NCBI RefSeq assembly: GCF_964213995.1
Contig: NC_135826.1
Location: forward strand, 9,114,001-9,178,000
Reading direction: 5' to 3'
Source of the DNA: Mustelus asterias
Taxonomy: Eukaryota
Length of the DNA: 64,000 nt
Shown piece after piece: positions 11,135 through 23,920 of this stretch. Positions within the stretch are counted from its first letter, which is position 1. Each line of letters opens with the position of its first letter. The notes under the pieces are model-generated. The model ran no database searches and had not been told where the DNA came from. It saw only the letters and a list, made by a program, of their open reading frames with translations. A program made the position numbers and the translations under genes.

Positions 11135-12164
11135 GTATAAACTAGGGTTGATTTGTATAATACTGTTCCTTTGCAGTCTCTTGGTCAAAATCCTGGCATT
11201 CCCTCCCTATTGGCAGTGTGGTTCAACCCACTGTGTGGACTGCAGAGTTTCAAGAAGGACAACTAAGGATGGGCAATAACTGCTGGCCAGCCAGTGACAC
11301 TCATGTCCCACAAACCAATAAAATATTCAAGGCCTCAGATCACCATGAACAGAGGCACATAGTGATGGTGGAAGGGATTTTGCAAGATTGGGGGTCATGG
11401 CTGGGGAGGGGGCAGCAGCAAGGTCAAGGGGTGACTCTCAGCAGGCTGGATCCCTTTGGGTTTCCTGGGTAGAACCTTTCTTTCTCACTGCTGGGTGAAT
11501 ACTAGCAGTGGCAAGATGCTGCCCCTAAGTGGGCATTGCCCATTTAAGCATTGAATTGGCAATAGGGTAGGGAGGCTGTCCAGTGGCCTTGCCACCATGG
11601 TCTTAATTGAGGCCATAGCAGGAAGGCAGCATGGTGCCCTTCTGCCTAATTAAATGCCCCCACCTTCAAACTCCTCATGGTGGAGGGCATTCAATTTTGC
11701 CCGTTGTCTCCTGTATGTCTGCCACCCAACCATCTCCTAATTTGCATTTGCATATTATTTCAATCATTCTATTATTTTTCAAGTATGTCTGTATTCCCCC
11801 CCCCCCCCCTTCCCCGGTCTCTTGTCCTGTTATAAAATGCTATTTCTTTGTAAACTCTCGACACACAATTCACACACTCAAAGCGAGTCTCTTCTCTCTA
11901 GATGCTGTCTGATCTGTTGAGTGTTTCCAGCATTTGGTGTTCTTGTTTTAGATTTCCAACAGCTGCAAGAGTTAGCATTTGGGCAGTTTAAAAAAACACG
12001 AATGGTCAGCACACCAACAGACTTCCATTACAAACACCCTGGAATGTTTTCAGGCCCAACTGGACGGTGCCACGGGGAGATTAGGGCTGAATATGACTGA
12101 ACTGAGTCAAATAGTCTCCCTCGCCTAATAATGAACTTCTAATTTGTCTTGTGACTGTACTAGT

Positions 12165-12485
12165 TCATAGAATCCTACAGTGTAGAAAGAAGCCATTCGG
12201 CCCATCAAGTCAGCACTGACCACAATCCCACCCAAGCCCTATCTGCACAACCCCATCCATTTGCCCTAGCTAGTCCCCCTGACACTAAGGGATAATTTAG
12301 CAAAGCCAATCCACCTAACTCACACAGCTTTGGACTGTGGGAGGAAACCGGAGCACCCGGAGGAAACCCATGCAGACATGGGGAGAATGTGCAAACTCCA
12401 CACAGTCACCCAAGCCAGGGATCGAACCTGAGTCCCTGGAGCTGTGAGGCAGCAGTGCTAACCACCTGTGCCACCGTGCTGCCCC
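12165..12485 (-). mobile_element. HE1/V-SINE-like SINE (CR1-type tail)
   Basis: Complete head (GCACGGTGGCACAG..GGTTCGATCCC), core and tail. Confidence 0.8.
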
Positions 12486-12729
12486 ATTGTTGGCCAGATG
12501 ATAAAGCATTACTGTTTAGTGACACTACAGTCTTTTGTGCACCTACATATTTCATCAATTAAATTCTCCCAGGGTAACATGAGGTAGCCACCCACCCCGC
12601 TTTGCCAAGACTCAACACTTGACTGAAATGAACAAACTCCGCCTCTGCTAGTCTTTGGTTGGCCGGCGCCGCAATCAATTTCACTTGTTCTATGTTGATT
12701 GCTCAGATCATTTGACAAGCATCCAGTGT

Positions 12730-12842
12730 GGCCCCACCCGGGTAATGTCGTAAGGGGTTTAAAACGCAGTGGCCCGCAACCAGGAACTAAATCTGTCCAG
12801 GGTGAAAAGAGTAGTGCGTGTTACTGAGACGAGTTGGTAAGT
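12730..12842 (+). promoter_or_regulatory. Candidate promoter and non-coding exon 1 of perilipin B
   Basis: Locally CpG-enriched, CACCC box, TTTAAAA at 12758, donor TG|GTAAGT at 12837, acceptor at 13179 just before ATG 13188. Confidence 0.5.
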
Positions 12843-13187
12843 TCAGCTGAAACTTTCTACCTATTTCCAAAACTTCAATTACTTTATTTTGCAGCTTTCC
12901 AATGCACTGTGTGTGCGTGTTTTTGCTTCGATTTCGAGCTGCTTCTCTGCTCTTGTACGAATCTCCTCTGGCGCATTTTGTCACAGGCAGACTTTTACAC
13001 TTTTCTTCTGAAGAGATTTTGCCCAACTTTTGTAGTGAGCTGCTCAATAAACTCTAACTGTAAAAGTTGCTCTGAATCTGTCCTTGGTCGCTATTTACTC
13101 TGGCGTTATCTCACTGTCGGACTGGTGAGAGTTAAACTAGTTTTTTTTTAACAATCAATCCCCAATTTATTTCCATTAGATTTCGTA

Positions 13188-16100
13188 ATGGAGTCAGAAG
13201 TGGCAGAAAACATTGAGGTCTCCAAACCTTCCGAGCCCCAGGAGAACGGGGAACAGCAGGTACTGGAAGTGTGGGTTTTTAACTTTCGATTTTGTAGACT
13301 AGTTACTAAATACTGTAATCTAAAGTATAGTCTGAGGAAATCCTCGCCATTGTGTACTGTTGGGATCTGTGTATTTGTAAATTTCTTACTACTGCAATCT
13401 TAAAAAGGTGGCTTGTGAAATCCCCTCCATTGTGTACTGTGTGGATCTGTATTTACTGTCTGACTTGGTGACCTATAGCCCAGTTACTAAATACTGCACT
13501 CTAAAGGGTGGTCTGAGAAATCCTCACCATTATACAGGTTAAGATGATGAATTGCTTTCACTTCTGATGGGAAGTATTACTCACTGATTCAAACACTGTG
13601 GTTGTGTGACCCTTGGCCTAGTTTGCAACAAACTTGAAATACAAAGCTATAAAATTCGTGTGTGTTTGTGGAGGAGCTTATTTTGCCTCGGGAGAAAAAC
13701 TAAGCAGCGAACTTAGAATGTGACATCCATGCTCAGTTGTTATCCTTTTTTTTTTCTCTCCAAATTACCCACAGTCTGAAAGACATGCTAACCAGGGGAT
13801 TTTCACTGACTTCATTGCAGCATTAATGTCTAATTACTTGTGACACAAATGTTTATTCCTTGTGCTTTAATGAGGCCAAAACTGTTTAAAACATAATTTG
13901 TATTCATTTTAACTAATGGGTGGATGAGAAGGTGGTGTTGTCTAGGATTTGAAGTGGGGGAGGACAGATCCAGAGTAGCGCTTAAAATAACAGGAGTTTG
14001 CCACCAACTAAATGAAGGGATGAGGAGGTTGGGATAGAGGAGCTTGTAGAATGAGGTGGGGGAGGGGAGGAGTAAATCTTGTGCAGCTGTGAAAATGAGG
14101 ATATCTTGGGATTTTGTCTTGCTGTTTGGGTGACCTTTACCCTTTTCTTCCCCATTTGGCCTGCTGTATCCATGGTTCCTGTAAGAGCTTCTCGTTCCTT
14201 TTTTCTCTCCTTTGTCCTGGTCTTTCACTTGTAACGAGCAAAATCTCCTTGAAGGGCCTCAATTGAATCTGCTTCCTTTCACCACTGTTTTGGGGAATAC
14301 ATTCCATCTCCCAACCCTGTCATGTGAGACTTTATCCTCCTGTTATTGAGGTGGTTTTTTTTTTGCTAATTGCTATTCTCAGTCCTCCTCCTAAAAAGAT
14401 GCCAATGGGAGCAGTTTTTTCCTGTTTACTCTGTCCAGATCCCTCCCAAAGCCTCTATCAGGTTGCCATTCTTATGAATCTTTTCTGCATCCTCTCTCTG
14501 CCATTCACCACCTTCCTACAGCTGCCTTGCATTGAACACAATACTCTGGTGGAGACTGAACCAACAAATTTATGATAGCCTTTTGTATGGATCCCATGTG
14601 CTTTATTAGCCACTTTCTCAGCCTGCCCTGCCACCTTTTTAATCCTGTGTACATGTGTTAGCTAAGTGTGTTCAAAATGAGACAATACAGTTCTTTTTTT
14701 AAAAAAAAAAACCTTTGTTCATGCTGTCTGGTGTAAGGAAATGCAAAGATTTCATTAAAACAGGGTGAGGGGATAGGACAGGATCAATATCCTGGAGGGG
14801 CTAAATTTAGATATGCAACTAAAGAATTCCTTTTTGGGATGCAGCTTCTGTCTAGTGTTCAAAATTAAATTGGGGAGGAGGGAAATGGGATTGGTATTTG
14901 ACTGGAATGTCTAATTCCTTATAGCTGGCAAATACTGACCCAAAACAAAATTTAAAACTTAATGCTGGAAATAAGGCTCCTGCAGCATGTGGAGAGAGAT
15001 GGAAGAGTTGATATTTTGTGGTTAATAACCCTTTTCTGCCTGCAATAACTCCAAACTGGTTGAGCCTGAGTTAAGGTACAGCATCTAAAGTGGTAGCTAT
15101 AAACTATATGTACTAGGAAGAAATGCATGAAATACTTGCAATAAATGTACAAATTGATGTACTAAAATCCTTGCATAACCATCTTTTTAGGATGGTTGTG
15201 CAATCCATCTTGTATTTCCTTGCACTGTGAATGGGAAGTTGCTACAAGTCCAACTGACCTTCCTAGAATGATGCTGAGAAGCATTGCATCATTGGAATGA
15301 ATTACTGTGATTTGGCAATTCCATGACTTGTGTATTTCAGAATGTGGTGAGCCGAGTGACCAACCTGCCTCTTGTGAGTTCAGCCTATGACATGGTATCA
15401 GCTGTGTACAACAACACCAAGGAGAACCACCCATATGTGAAGACTGTCTGTGATGTTGCTGAGCAGGGAGTGAAGACTATCTCGGCTGCAGCTGTCAGTG
15501 GCGCCAAGCCAATTATAGACAAGCTGGAACCTCAAAGTAAGATTGGAGCTTGCATTACTTCAGTTGGCTGGAATTCAAACCTAAAATTTGCCCCTCAATG
15601 GGGGCTGGGTGTTTAAAAATAAAATAATTGAATATACTGCACCAGGACCCCTGGATACATGGGACCTCTTTCTGAATTATAAGTTTATTCAAACCTGCCT
15701 TTTGGGCAGATGAGCTTAACTTGGTACCCAGTGATATTTAAAAGGAACTAGAACTTCCCAAATAAATGATAAATTATTCTTGAAGCTCTTTATAAACTGG
15801 TATGAAATAAATTATTTACCAAGTATGATTAAGTTACAACTTCTAATTGTCACATGGCTTCACCCAAGTAAAGGAATACACATTCAAGTGTGAGATTTAA
15901 AGTCTATGCCCTGAAGGGGATTTGTTTTCTATTGAACTCTGCCTAACTGTGCATGGTGGAAGATTTTGGGTATGTATCACTGACTTTCTGGGGGCCCCCA
16001 GACCTATTGGGTGGCTGCAATGGATCCTGCTACTGTTTTTTTTCTAAATTAAAAGCAAGATGTCCAATAGTTGACCCTCAACCAGATTTGGCCACATTTG

Positions 16101-19100
16101 GACTTTATGGAGGTTTGTTGCTGTAGTGACTACTTTTGTTGGTCTGCCAAAAAGGCTAGTTGCATGCAGCTGTTGTACACAGCATCTGCTGCTAAACACT
16201 AGGAATTATTGCTTCATGAAGGAAAAGTGGGAAGTTATTTTCTGAGATCCAAGAATGGAAGGTACAGGCTGAAAGATTTGCATATTGAAGATTCAATTTC
16301 ATAAGTGGCAAATAAAAGCTGCAGAGTTCCAGTAGTACTAATCAACTGTGCTTTATTCAAAAGCTCCACTTTTCTGACTACTTAGAATCTGCAGTGCAGA
16401 AGAAGGTCATTTGGCCCATCAAGCCTGCACCGACAACAATCCCACCCAGGTCCTATCCCTGTAACCCTGCTAATCCCCCTGACACTAAGGGGCAATTTAT
16501 CATGGCCAATCAACCTAACCAGCACATCTTTGGACTGTGGGAGGAAACTGGAACACCTGGAGGAAACCCCCCACAGACATGAGGAGAATGTGCAAACTCC
16601 ACACTGTTGCCTAAGGTTGGAATTGAACCTGGGTCCCTGGCACTGAGGCAGCAGTGCTGATCACTGCACCACCGTGCCACCCTTGTTCCTTTCTAGGGAC
16701 TACTGAAAAAATTAATTGTAAAGAATCTTAGACACTTCAAGCTTTGCTTTGTACAACCCTTGGTCTGTCAGTCTAAGCTGGCAACCATGAAGTAGTCATG
16801 CACCACTTGGCTCTGATACACTTTGAAATCCAAATGCAGGCTTTGTTCCCAAGTAAAAATTTGGCTACTAGCATTTGTCGCTATGACATTGCACCAAAGC
16901 AGATGGGGTATTGCTGTATTGTGGGCCAATATAGGACATCCAATTTCCACTGGAATTCAGTGAGGAGTGGCTAGATTGTGGTTTATAAGATGCTGAACGG
17001 TCTGACAGTGGGGAAAGATGTATCCTCTTATGGGCAAGTCCCAGAACTAGGGGGCGCAGTTTTAAAATTGGGGATCACCCTTGGGCAGGGAGGAGAAATG
17101 TTTAGGATTGTCCATCATTGGAACTCTGTCTTAAAAGGTGGGGTCACTGATTTATTTTTAATGTGGAGGTAGATTGATTCTTGTTGGGCAAGGGAATTGC
17201 AGGTTACTGGGGGTAGATGGAAATGTAGCACTTGCAACATTAACAAATCAACCATGATATTGAATGGTGGAGCATTCACAAGGGATCAAATTCTGCTTTT
17301 TTTGTTTGAATCTGGTTTCAAAAGCTAAATGTACAACATTACATAATGTGTAAAATAATGACTGACTTTCAATTTCCCAACCCTTCAATAACTTGTAGCT
17401 AAACTTTTGAAGTAAGCCAACTGGATAATGAGATTTCACACTTTGGTTTGTCTCTAAGCAAAGGTTCTTCTGTGCTTAGTTACAGCTGCCAATGAATTTG
17501 CCTGTAAAGGCTTGGATAAACTGGAAGAGAAGCTTCCAATTCTTCAACAGTCCACACCCCAGGTAAGGAAATTATTGATTTTAAGGTACCTAGCTTTCAA
17601 ATGGATTGTAATGTACCATTGTAGATTACTGGAACAATCCACTTGAATCACTTTACTGTAGTGGCTGGTGAAACCACCAAGTTGTAACTTCTAACTCCAT
17701 CTTTAATTATCTACTTGGGTGGTGTTTCAACTTATCACCTAACTAGTTTTTTAAAAATGTCTATTTTTTGCTGGACCCTCATGTACAAGTTTAAAAAGAA
17801 ATTGAAATGTCAGTCAATATTTCAATGTCTGGATTTGGGTGTATGGAAGGAATCTAATTGCACAAGTCAATCTGGCAGATTCACCAGTTTCATCGGAATG
17901 CATGCATATTTTTTGGAATTGCCTCCTGTCCTGTGTGGATTGAGTTAAACAGTGAGGACCCAAGTGCTCACCCAAAACTGGATGTTTGCCCTCTTGCTAT
18001 GAACTGCATTGTCATCTTTTTTTTATAAATACAGGTTGTTGCTGATACCAAAGAGCTGGTTTCATCTACAATAACTGGAGCCAAAGATGCCGTCTCCAAC
18101 ACAGTGACTGGGGCTAAAAATACAGTGACTGGTGTAGTGGACCTGGCCAAGGGGACAGTGCATGGTGGCATTGAAAAGACCAAGACTATAATGGCTGAAG
18201 GAGTTAACACTGTCATGGCATCCAGAGTAGGGCAGATGGTGGTCACTGGGGTGGACAGTGCACTCAATAAATCTGAAGAGATGGTTGATCATTATCTTCC
18301 TATGACTGAGGAGGAGCTGGGTAAGAGGATTCATTTTGCTACCTCCTGCTTGAATTGGGATGCTTTTCTAATGGCCTTGGTGCCCTTAATCCTACCTAAG
18401 TGGTCAAGTTGGGTTTTGCATGCATTATACTCTATATACTGTCAACCTTGAGCATATATCCACCCCTCTCTGCAGAACACTTGTTTTTTAAACAGGAAGT
18501 GACATCGTTTGTTGGCACTTATTCCACTAACAATTCATTTCCTGCTTTTAAACTTCCCAATAAGGGAAATGGGTCTTGGAAAGTTCACGGTTGCATTCAC
18601 TTCATCACAGGGAATTTTGGAGCTCTTTGACTCTAGTTCTCCACCTTATTCCCAAGGTCCCTAACAGCCAAGAGCAAAATCCTTCTGTAGAGAAGGTTTG
18701 AGACTGCAGACACTTTCCATTAGAAGCCTTAACTGACATTTAAATGCCAGTTTAGCCAAGTATATTCCATTATCCGTCTGAGTTGAGAACATGGGATTGG
18801 GAGGGTGGAAGGAAGTTGAACAGTACTATTGTTCATCAAACTTGGAATGTAAAACCTGTCTTGAATAACAATTGTAAATCCTCTTGTTTCAGCAAAACTG
18901 GCTACCTCTGTTGAAGGCTTTGAAGTGGCCCCAGCACAACCACCAAGTTACTATGTGCGTTTGGGATCTTTATCTTCAAAAATTCGTCATCGAGCATACC
19001 AGCACTCCATTTCCAAGATGCAGCAGGCCAGGCAAAGCAGCCAAGACATTATGACTCAGCTTCACAGCACAATGGATCTGGTAAGAATACATACTGCTGG

Positions 19101-22100
19101 TGATCCTTGTGCTCCTGGGTGGTTTTGATTTGGCCAATAATGATAGCTGGGCTAAGGATCTTTCATCTATCTTGACTATTGGAAGGAATGTGCTCCTCCT
19201 TTTAAAAAGCTGGTGTCAATGTAATATCACTAGACAACTGAAATTTAGTCATATTTCTTTACACAACATCACTTTAACAGTTTGTTTGCATTCCAATTGT
19301 CCAAACTGGTCCCTCTGCCAATTAAGATAAGACAGCCAGGTCCAAAATGACCATTGAATTGAATAGTAAATGCTCCAATTGCCATTTGATGTCTTGAGCT
19401 GCATGTCAAAGCTACCACCCCAGGATTAGACTTCTCCTTTGCTCTATAGCTTGGGAGCATGCCCACACTCCCCAACCAAGGTTCACCAGGCCAAGTAGTC
19501 AAGGAATGTCTGCCTCACAACAATAGATTTGGTAAGATTGCTGTGTGGCATTGATCCACTACACTGCATGATACCACCCCAAGAAAATTCCTCACTTTCA
19601 GTAAACCATTGCTTGTTTTTGGCCACTCTAGATGTCACACTTTATTCCAATGGCTGGGTTCAAACGCAACTAAACAGGACCTGCTGTTGGGGTCAAACAT
19701 TTGGAAAGCCAAACAGTAAACATTGCCTGTCAATGACCCTTCATGTTGTTGTAATGAAAGTCATTGACCTGAACTTGCTGCTTTCTTGCTGTACTCATTG
19801 TAACAAATCTAGACTGAACTTTCTCAGCCCCCTTAGCTCAGTGGAGGGGTGCCTGGTGAAAACATTAAGGATCCATATCGACCAAGCCTGCCCACTACTG
19901 AATGGAGTCAGGCAACCAATTAAAATATTAACCAAAGACTCAGTGGTATTTTGCTGACATCAGAGTCTCTGTTGCTAACCTGTCTCAGCAGTGCCCATCT
20001 CTTCCCTTGGCGGCTGCTGGAGCTGCCATCTCTGAATCTGGCCAGCAAAATCAGAGGCCCATCTGCCATCCTTGAGATAACAGAAGTGACTCATTTGGAG
20101 GTTGTTTACAAGGGGAATAACTCAAATAGCAAACTGGCTCCCAGCAAATGCAGGTTCAGCATACATATTTTCTGGGGTCCTGAAGCCTGTGGAGGGAATC
20201 CTACCCAATATCTTTAACTTGTTGGCCTTCAAGACTGGCTGCTGTTGCACTGAAATGGGGTATGGAGAGATTGTACTTGGCTTTTGTCAAGTCAATTTGT
20301 CAACGTTATGACCAGCATGTTTGTTACTCTTTTGCAGATTGAATTGACAAGGAAAGGAGTAGATTCAGCAAATCAGAAGCTGCATGACGTTCAAGACAAA
20401 CTGCATCAGACCTGGGTTGATTGGCAGAAAAAACAACCAAAAGCTCAAGTGGAAGAAGAGGCTCAGAAACCGGAAGTAAGGATTCGATTTTATTCTTGGG
20501 ATCAGTGGGTGTAGATTGGGGCAGCTATTGTACAGAACCTTGCTATCAAAGGAAGGGCTTTGATTCTGATAGCCACTATACATTTTTTCAATTCCTTTAT
20601 TATATTCAAGAATAAATCCCTTCATTTCAAAGTTATTAAATTTGAAAGAATGCTTGTTTCTACTTGGTTGGTTTGTGATACCTGACATTTGCCATGTTGC
20701 CCGGACAGGTAGAAAGCTTGCCTTTGTGCAAAGTTCCAAGTGGTATTTTCCCCTTCTGGCCATATAATTGGGCAATGCAGCTACTCCAGTATCCCTGATT
20801 TTGAGAATGGGTTATTGACAATCTGCAACTATTGCATTGATACTTTCAATTCCTCTCTTCCTAGAAAAACAGTGACTTTCTGGGGCCAGCACCTCTCCCA
20901 GAAGCCATTTGTGCTTGGCCAAACTGGCCAGTGGGTTCTTTAAGACCTGTAGGGATTTGCATTCTAATCAGTATTCTGCAACTTGATTTTGTCTGTTTGC
21001 ACTGTTTGAGAGCACATTTCCACTCCATCTGACGAAGGAGCAGTGCTCTGAAAGCTTATGGTATTTGCTACCAAATAAACCTGTTGGACTTTAACCTGGT
21101 GTTGTGAGACTTCTTGCTGTGTTCTGTGTTCTTTAAGACCTATCAGGGAGGGCAATGTAGCTATATGGCTTTTTAATTTTTTAAAAAATTGTCTAGTATT
21201 GGCAAGAGTTGTAGAATCTCTTTCTTGCCTTGAGTGGAGCTGCTGCCTCGAAGTGCTGTAATCCTTTGTAGGGATGGTGTGACTTGGAGGTGACAGAACA
21301 TTGCTGCTCTTCCTCTTTCTGGTAGAAATGAAGTTCTCCCAGAGTAAGATTGATCGATTGAAATGCTGCAGTATACTGGGAATGAATATTAGTCCATGAC
21401 AATACATTGTTGCTGCTCCAGCCTGGTTGAGATGCACAATTGGTCATATAGGCTGCTACTTGTAGGTGGCATAGGAGGGCCAATTGCTGCTGCTTATGAC
21501 CAGACTGGTTGCTATTGTCTCCATTTTCAAGATGATTCCATAGGAAAACTCAATATTGGAGGTAGTCTGTCCTGGGTGGTCATTCCCTGCTACTTTGATC
21601 TACCTGCCTTCTGTCAGGCAAGGCTTTGATATTTTCAGCCAGAATGCCTAGATAGTGATTGTGATGGGAACACCAGCTTTTCTTCCAGTTCCCTACATCC
21701 TTCCACTGAGCTGTTTGAGTTCAATTGTTACTGAGGCATCCACTAACAAGGCACGGGTCGTAATCTAAGCAGACAACTTTCTAATGTGACTTTAAACTTG
21801 CAACTGCTCATTAGAACTCCTGTGGTGCAGTCAGGTTTTACTCTAGAAAGCTTGAGACCCTTTTAAAAAATGTGTCTTTTAGCCAGCACCAAAAGGTGAC
21901 CAAATTCTAAGTGTTTCTTTTTGTATTGCAGCAACTTGAGTCCCAGATGCTAACTATGACCCGCAGCCTCACCCAGCAACTACAGACCACCTGCCTGACC
22001 TTGGTTTCAAACATACATGGCCTCCCTCAGCATGTACAAGAGAAAATGCAGCAGATCCGCAACACTGCAGAGACCATCCACACCTCCTTCTCCTCTGCCA

Positions 22101-22297
22101 ATTCCTTCGGTGATCTCTCCGGGCAGCTCCTGGCACAGAGCCGAGAGCAAATGCTGAAGATCCGGGAATCCATGGATGGGGTGATGGACTACGTGCTTCA
22201 CAACACTCCCCTCAACTGGATGGTGGGTCCATTTGCCCCACAGCTAACTGAGCGCCCTCAGTCAGAGGAGATTGAAATGGATAAAGTTAAAGAATAG
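13188..22297 (+). CDS. plin3: Perilipin (perilipin-3/perilipin-2-like), full length, ~442 aa
   Basis: Exons 13188-13259, 15341-15536, 17480-17562, 18035-18320, 18893-19080, 20338-20475, 21932-22297, all GT-AG and in phase. PAT domain [34 protein letters not shown], 11-mer repeats, helix bundle, [10 protein letters not shown]. Symbol inferred from HDGFL2 adjacency; the sequence also has PLIN2 traits. Confidence 0.9.
13469..14143 (-). promoter_or_regulatory. Cluster of three DR1 (PPRE-like) elements in intron 2 of perilipin B
   Basis: AACT-GGGCTA-T-AGGTCA (13469-13485), AACT-AGGCCA-A-GGGTCA (13607-13623), AGGGTA-A-AGGTCA (14131-14143). Confidence 0.65.
16380..16683 (-). mobile_element. HE1/V-SINE-like SINE (CR1-type tail)
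   Basis: Same head, core and tail as 12165-12485. Confidence 0.78.
21016..21115 (+). ncRNA. Penelope-like terminal repeat with minimal type I hammerhead ribozyme motif
   Basis: 21025-21061: CCAT-CTGACGA-A-GGAGC-AGT-GCTCT-GAAA-GC-TT-ATGG, then AATAAA. Confidence 0.65.
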
Positions 22298-23670
22298 ATG
22301 CAACCTGTCTTAGCTATATACTGTGAGGGTCATACTTGTAGTAAGTTTCACATTTTGAGCTTTGAACTCGCCTTGCTGTTTTGACAATTTGTATTTCTGT
22401 CCTACATAACTTTCCTCTGTCAATGCATGTGTGGCCCTAATGGGATTCTGTAATCTAGCTCTACTGACTGGAGATGAATACTAACTCCATGCTCAGCAGA
22501 TCAAGGTGGAATGGGGGGGGTGGGTGTTAGAATGGTGAGAAATCCCAGCACTCATGTACACCGTGAAAGGTGAAATTCCAGTCCATTTCAAGTAAGACTA
22601 AGCTTCTCTCCAGTTGCTCTTTGATCTGTTTCAATGCTGTAAATTCCTAGTGCTGCTGCATTCTAATTTGACAAATTGACCTTTTGTAACATGTGTGAAA
22701 CCTGTGATAAATATTTTGCCCAATAGTATAATCTAGTCCTGAATGGACAATGATCTAGATTAACATTTTGGAATACTGAACTGCCTGCATCTTCAGATAT
22801 ACAAGTTTCAAGCAATTCGTGACAGCACCAGTTGGAGAATTTGACCACTTGAATTGGAGTAGTATTATGTAAGAGTTTGACTTTATCTTGTGCAGTTTTT
22901 TGTCTTGTGATCCATGACTAAAGCGGCTGTTTTGATTGCTCCTTCCTCTTGTTTAGATACAATTCATCTGATTTTTCTTAAATACACTTTCATTTCTAAC
23001 TGTTTAGAAGTTAATACTTCCAGTGTTACCAGAGACAAATACTTCATTGTCAAGAATCTGAAATGGGTCCAGGATTACATAAAATTGGTGAATGGCATTG
23101 TATGCACTTTGTATGTTTTCAGTAAAAGTTAATAGAATGCATTGTTTGCTTGTATGGTTTTTCTTCAGTAAAAGTACATAAACCACAAGTTTACAGAGTA
23201 TAATTCTCCATGTGCTGTGATCCCGCAGTTTAAAGTGGATGGTTAGAATACTAAATTACAAATACATGTGGATAGAATATAAATGCAAACTCCTTCTCCA
23301 GTATTCTATTTTAATCTCCAATATCCCAATGCATTTTGATGTAATCATGAAGGGAATATAGATACTAAGTGACCTGGGGGACCTGCATTTGAATCATACC
23401 ATAGTCCAAAAACCATTTGTCATTTAAAAAACCATCTGGTTCACTGGTGTCCATTTTGGAAGAAAATCTTCTTGCATCAGCAGATCTGGCCTATGACTCC
23501 AGATCCACAGCAATGTGGTTGACTCTTAAGTGGTCTTGGTTCAAGGGCAATTGACATGCACATAAATGCTATAAGTGATACCTGCATTTTTTTTTAAAAA
23601 GTGGCAAGGCTCTTGCATGCACAACCTTCTGACTCCCATGTGAGCATATTACCAACAGTGCTACAGTCTA

Positions 23671-23920
23671 ATATTTATTTTAGTATCACAAGTAGGCTTA
23701 CATTAACACTGCAATGAAGTTGCTGTGAAAATCCCCTAGTCAACACACTCGGGTACACTGATGGAGAAATTCGCATTGCCAATGGACCTAACCAGAATGT
23801 CGTCCGGACTATAGGAGAAAACCCATGCCGGTGGGACAAATTCACAGCCAGTGACCCAAGCTGGGAAACTAACCCAGGTCACTGGTGCTACGAGGCAGCA
23901 GTCCTAGCCACTGTGCTGCC
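23671..23920 (-). mobile_element. V-SINE with alternative tail (degenerate)
   Basis: Reverse complement of the GCAGTGTTAATGTAAGCCTACTTGTG tail and SINE head. Confidence 0.65.
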
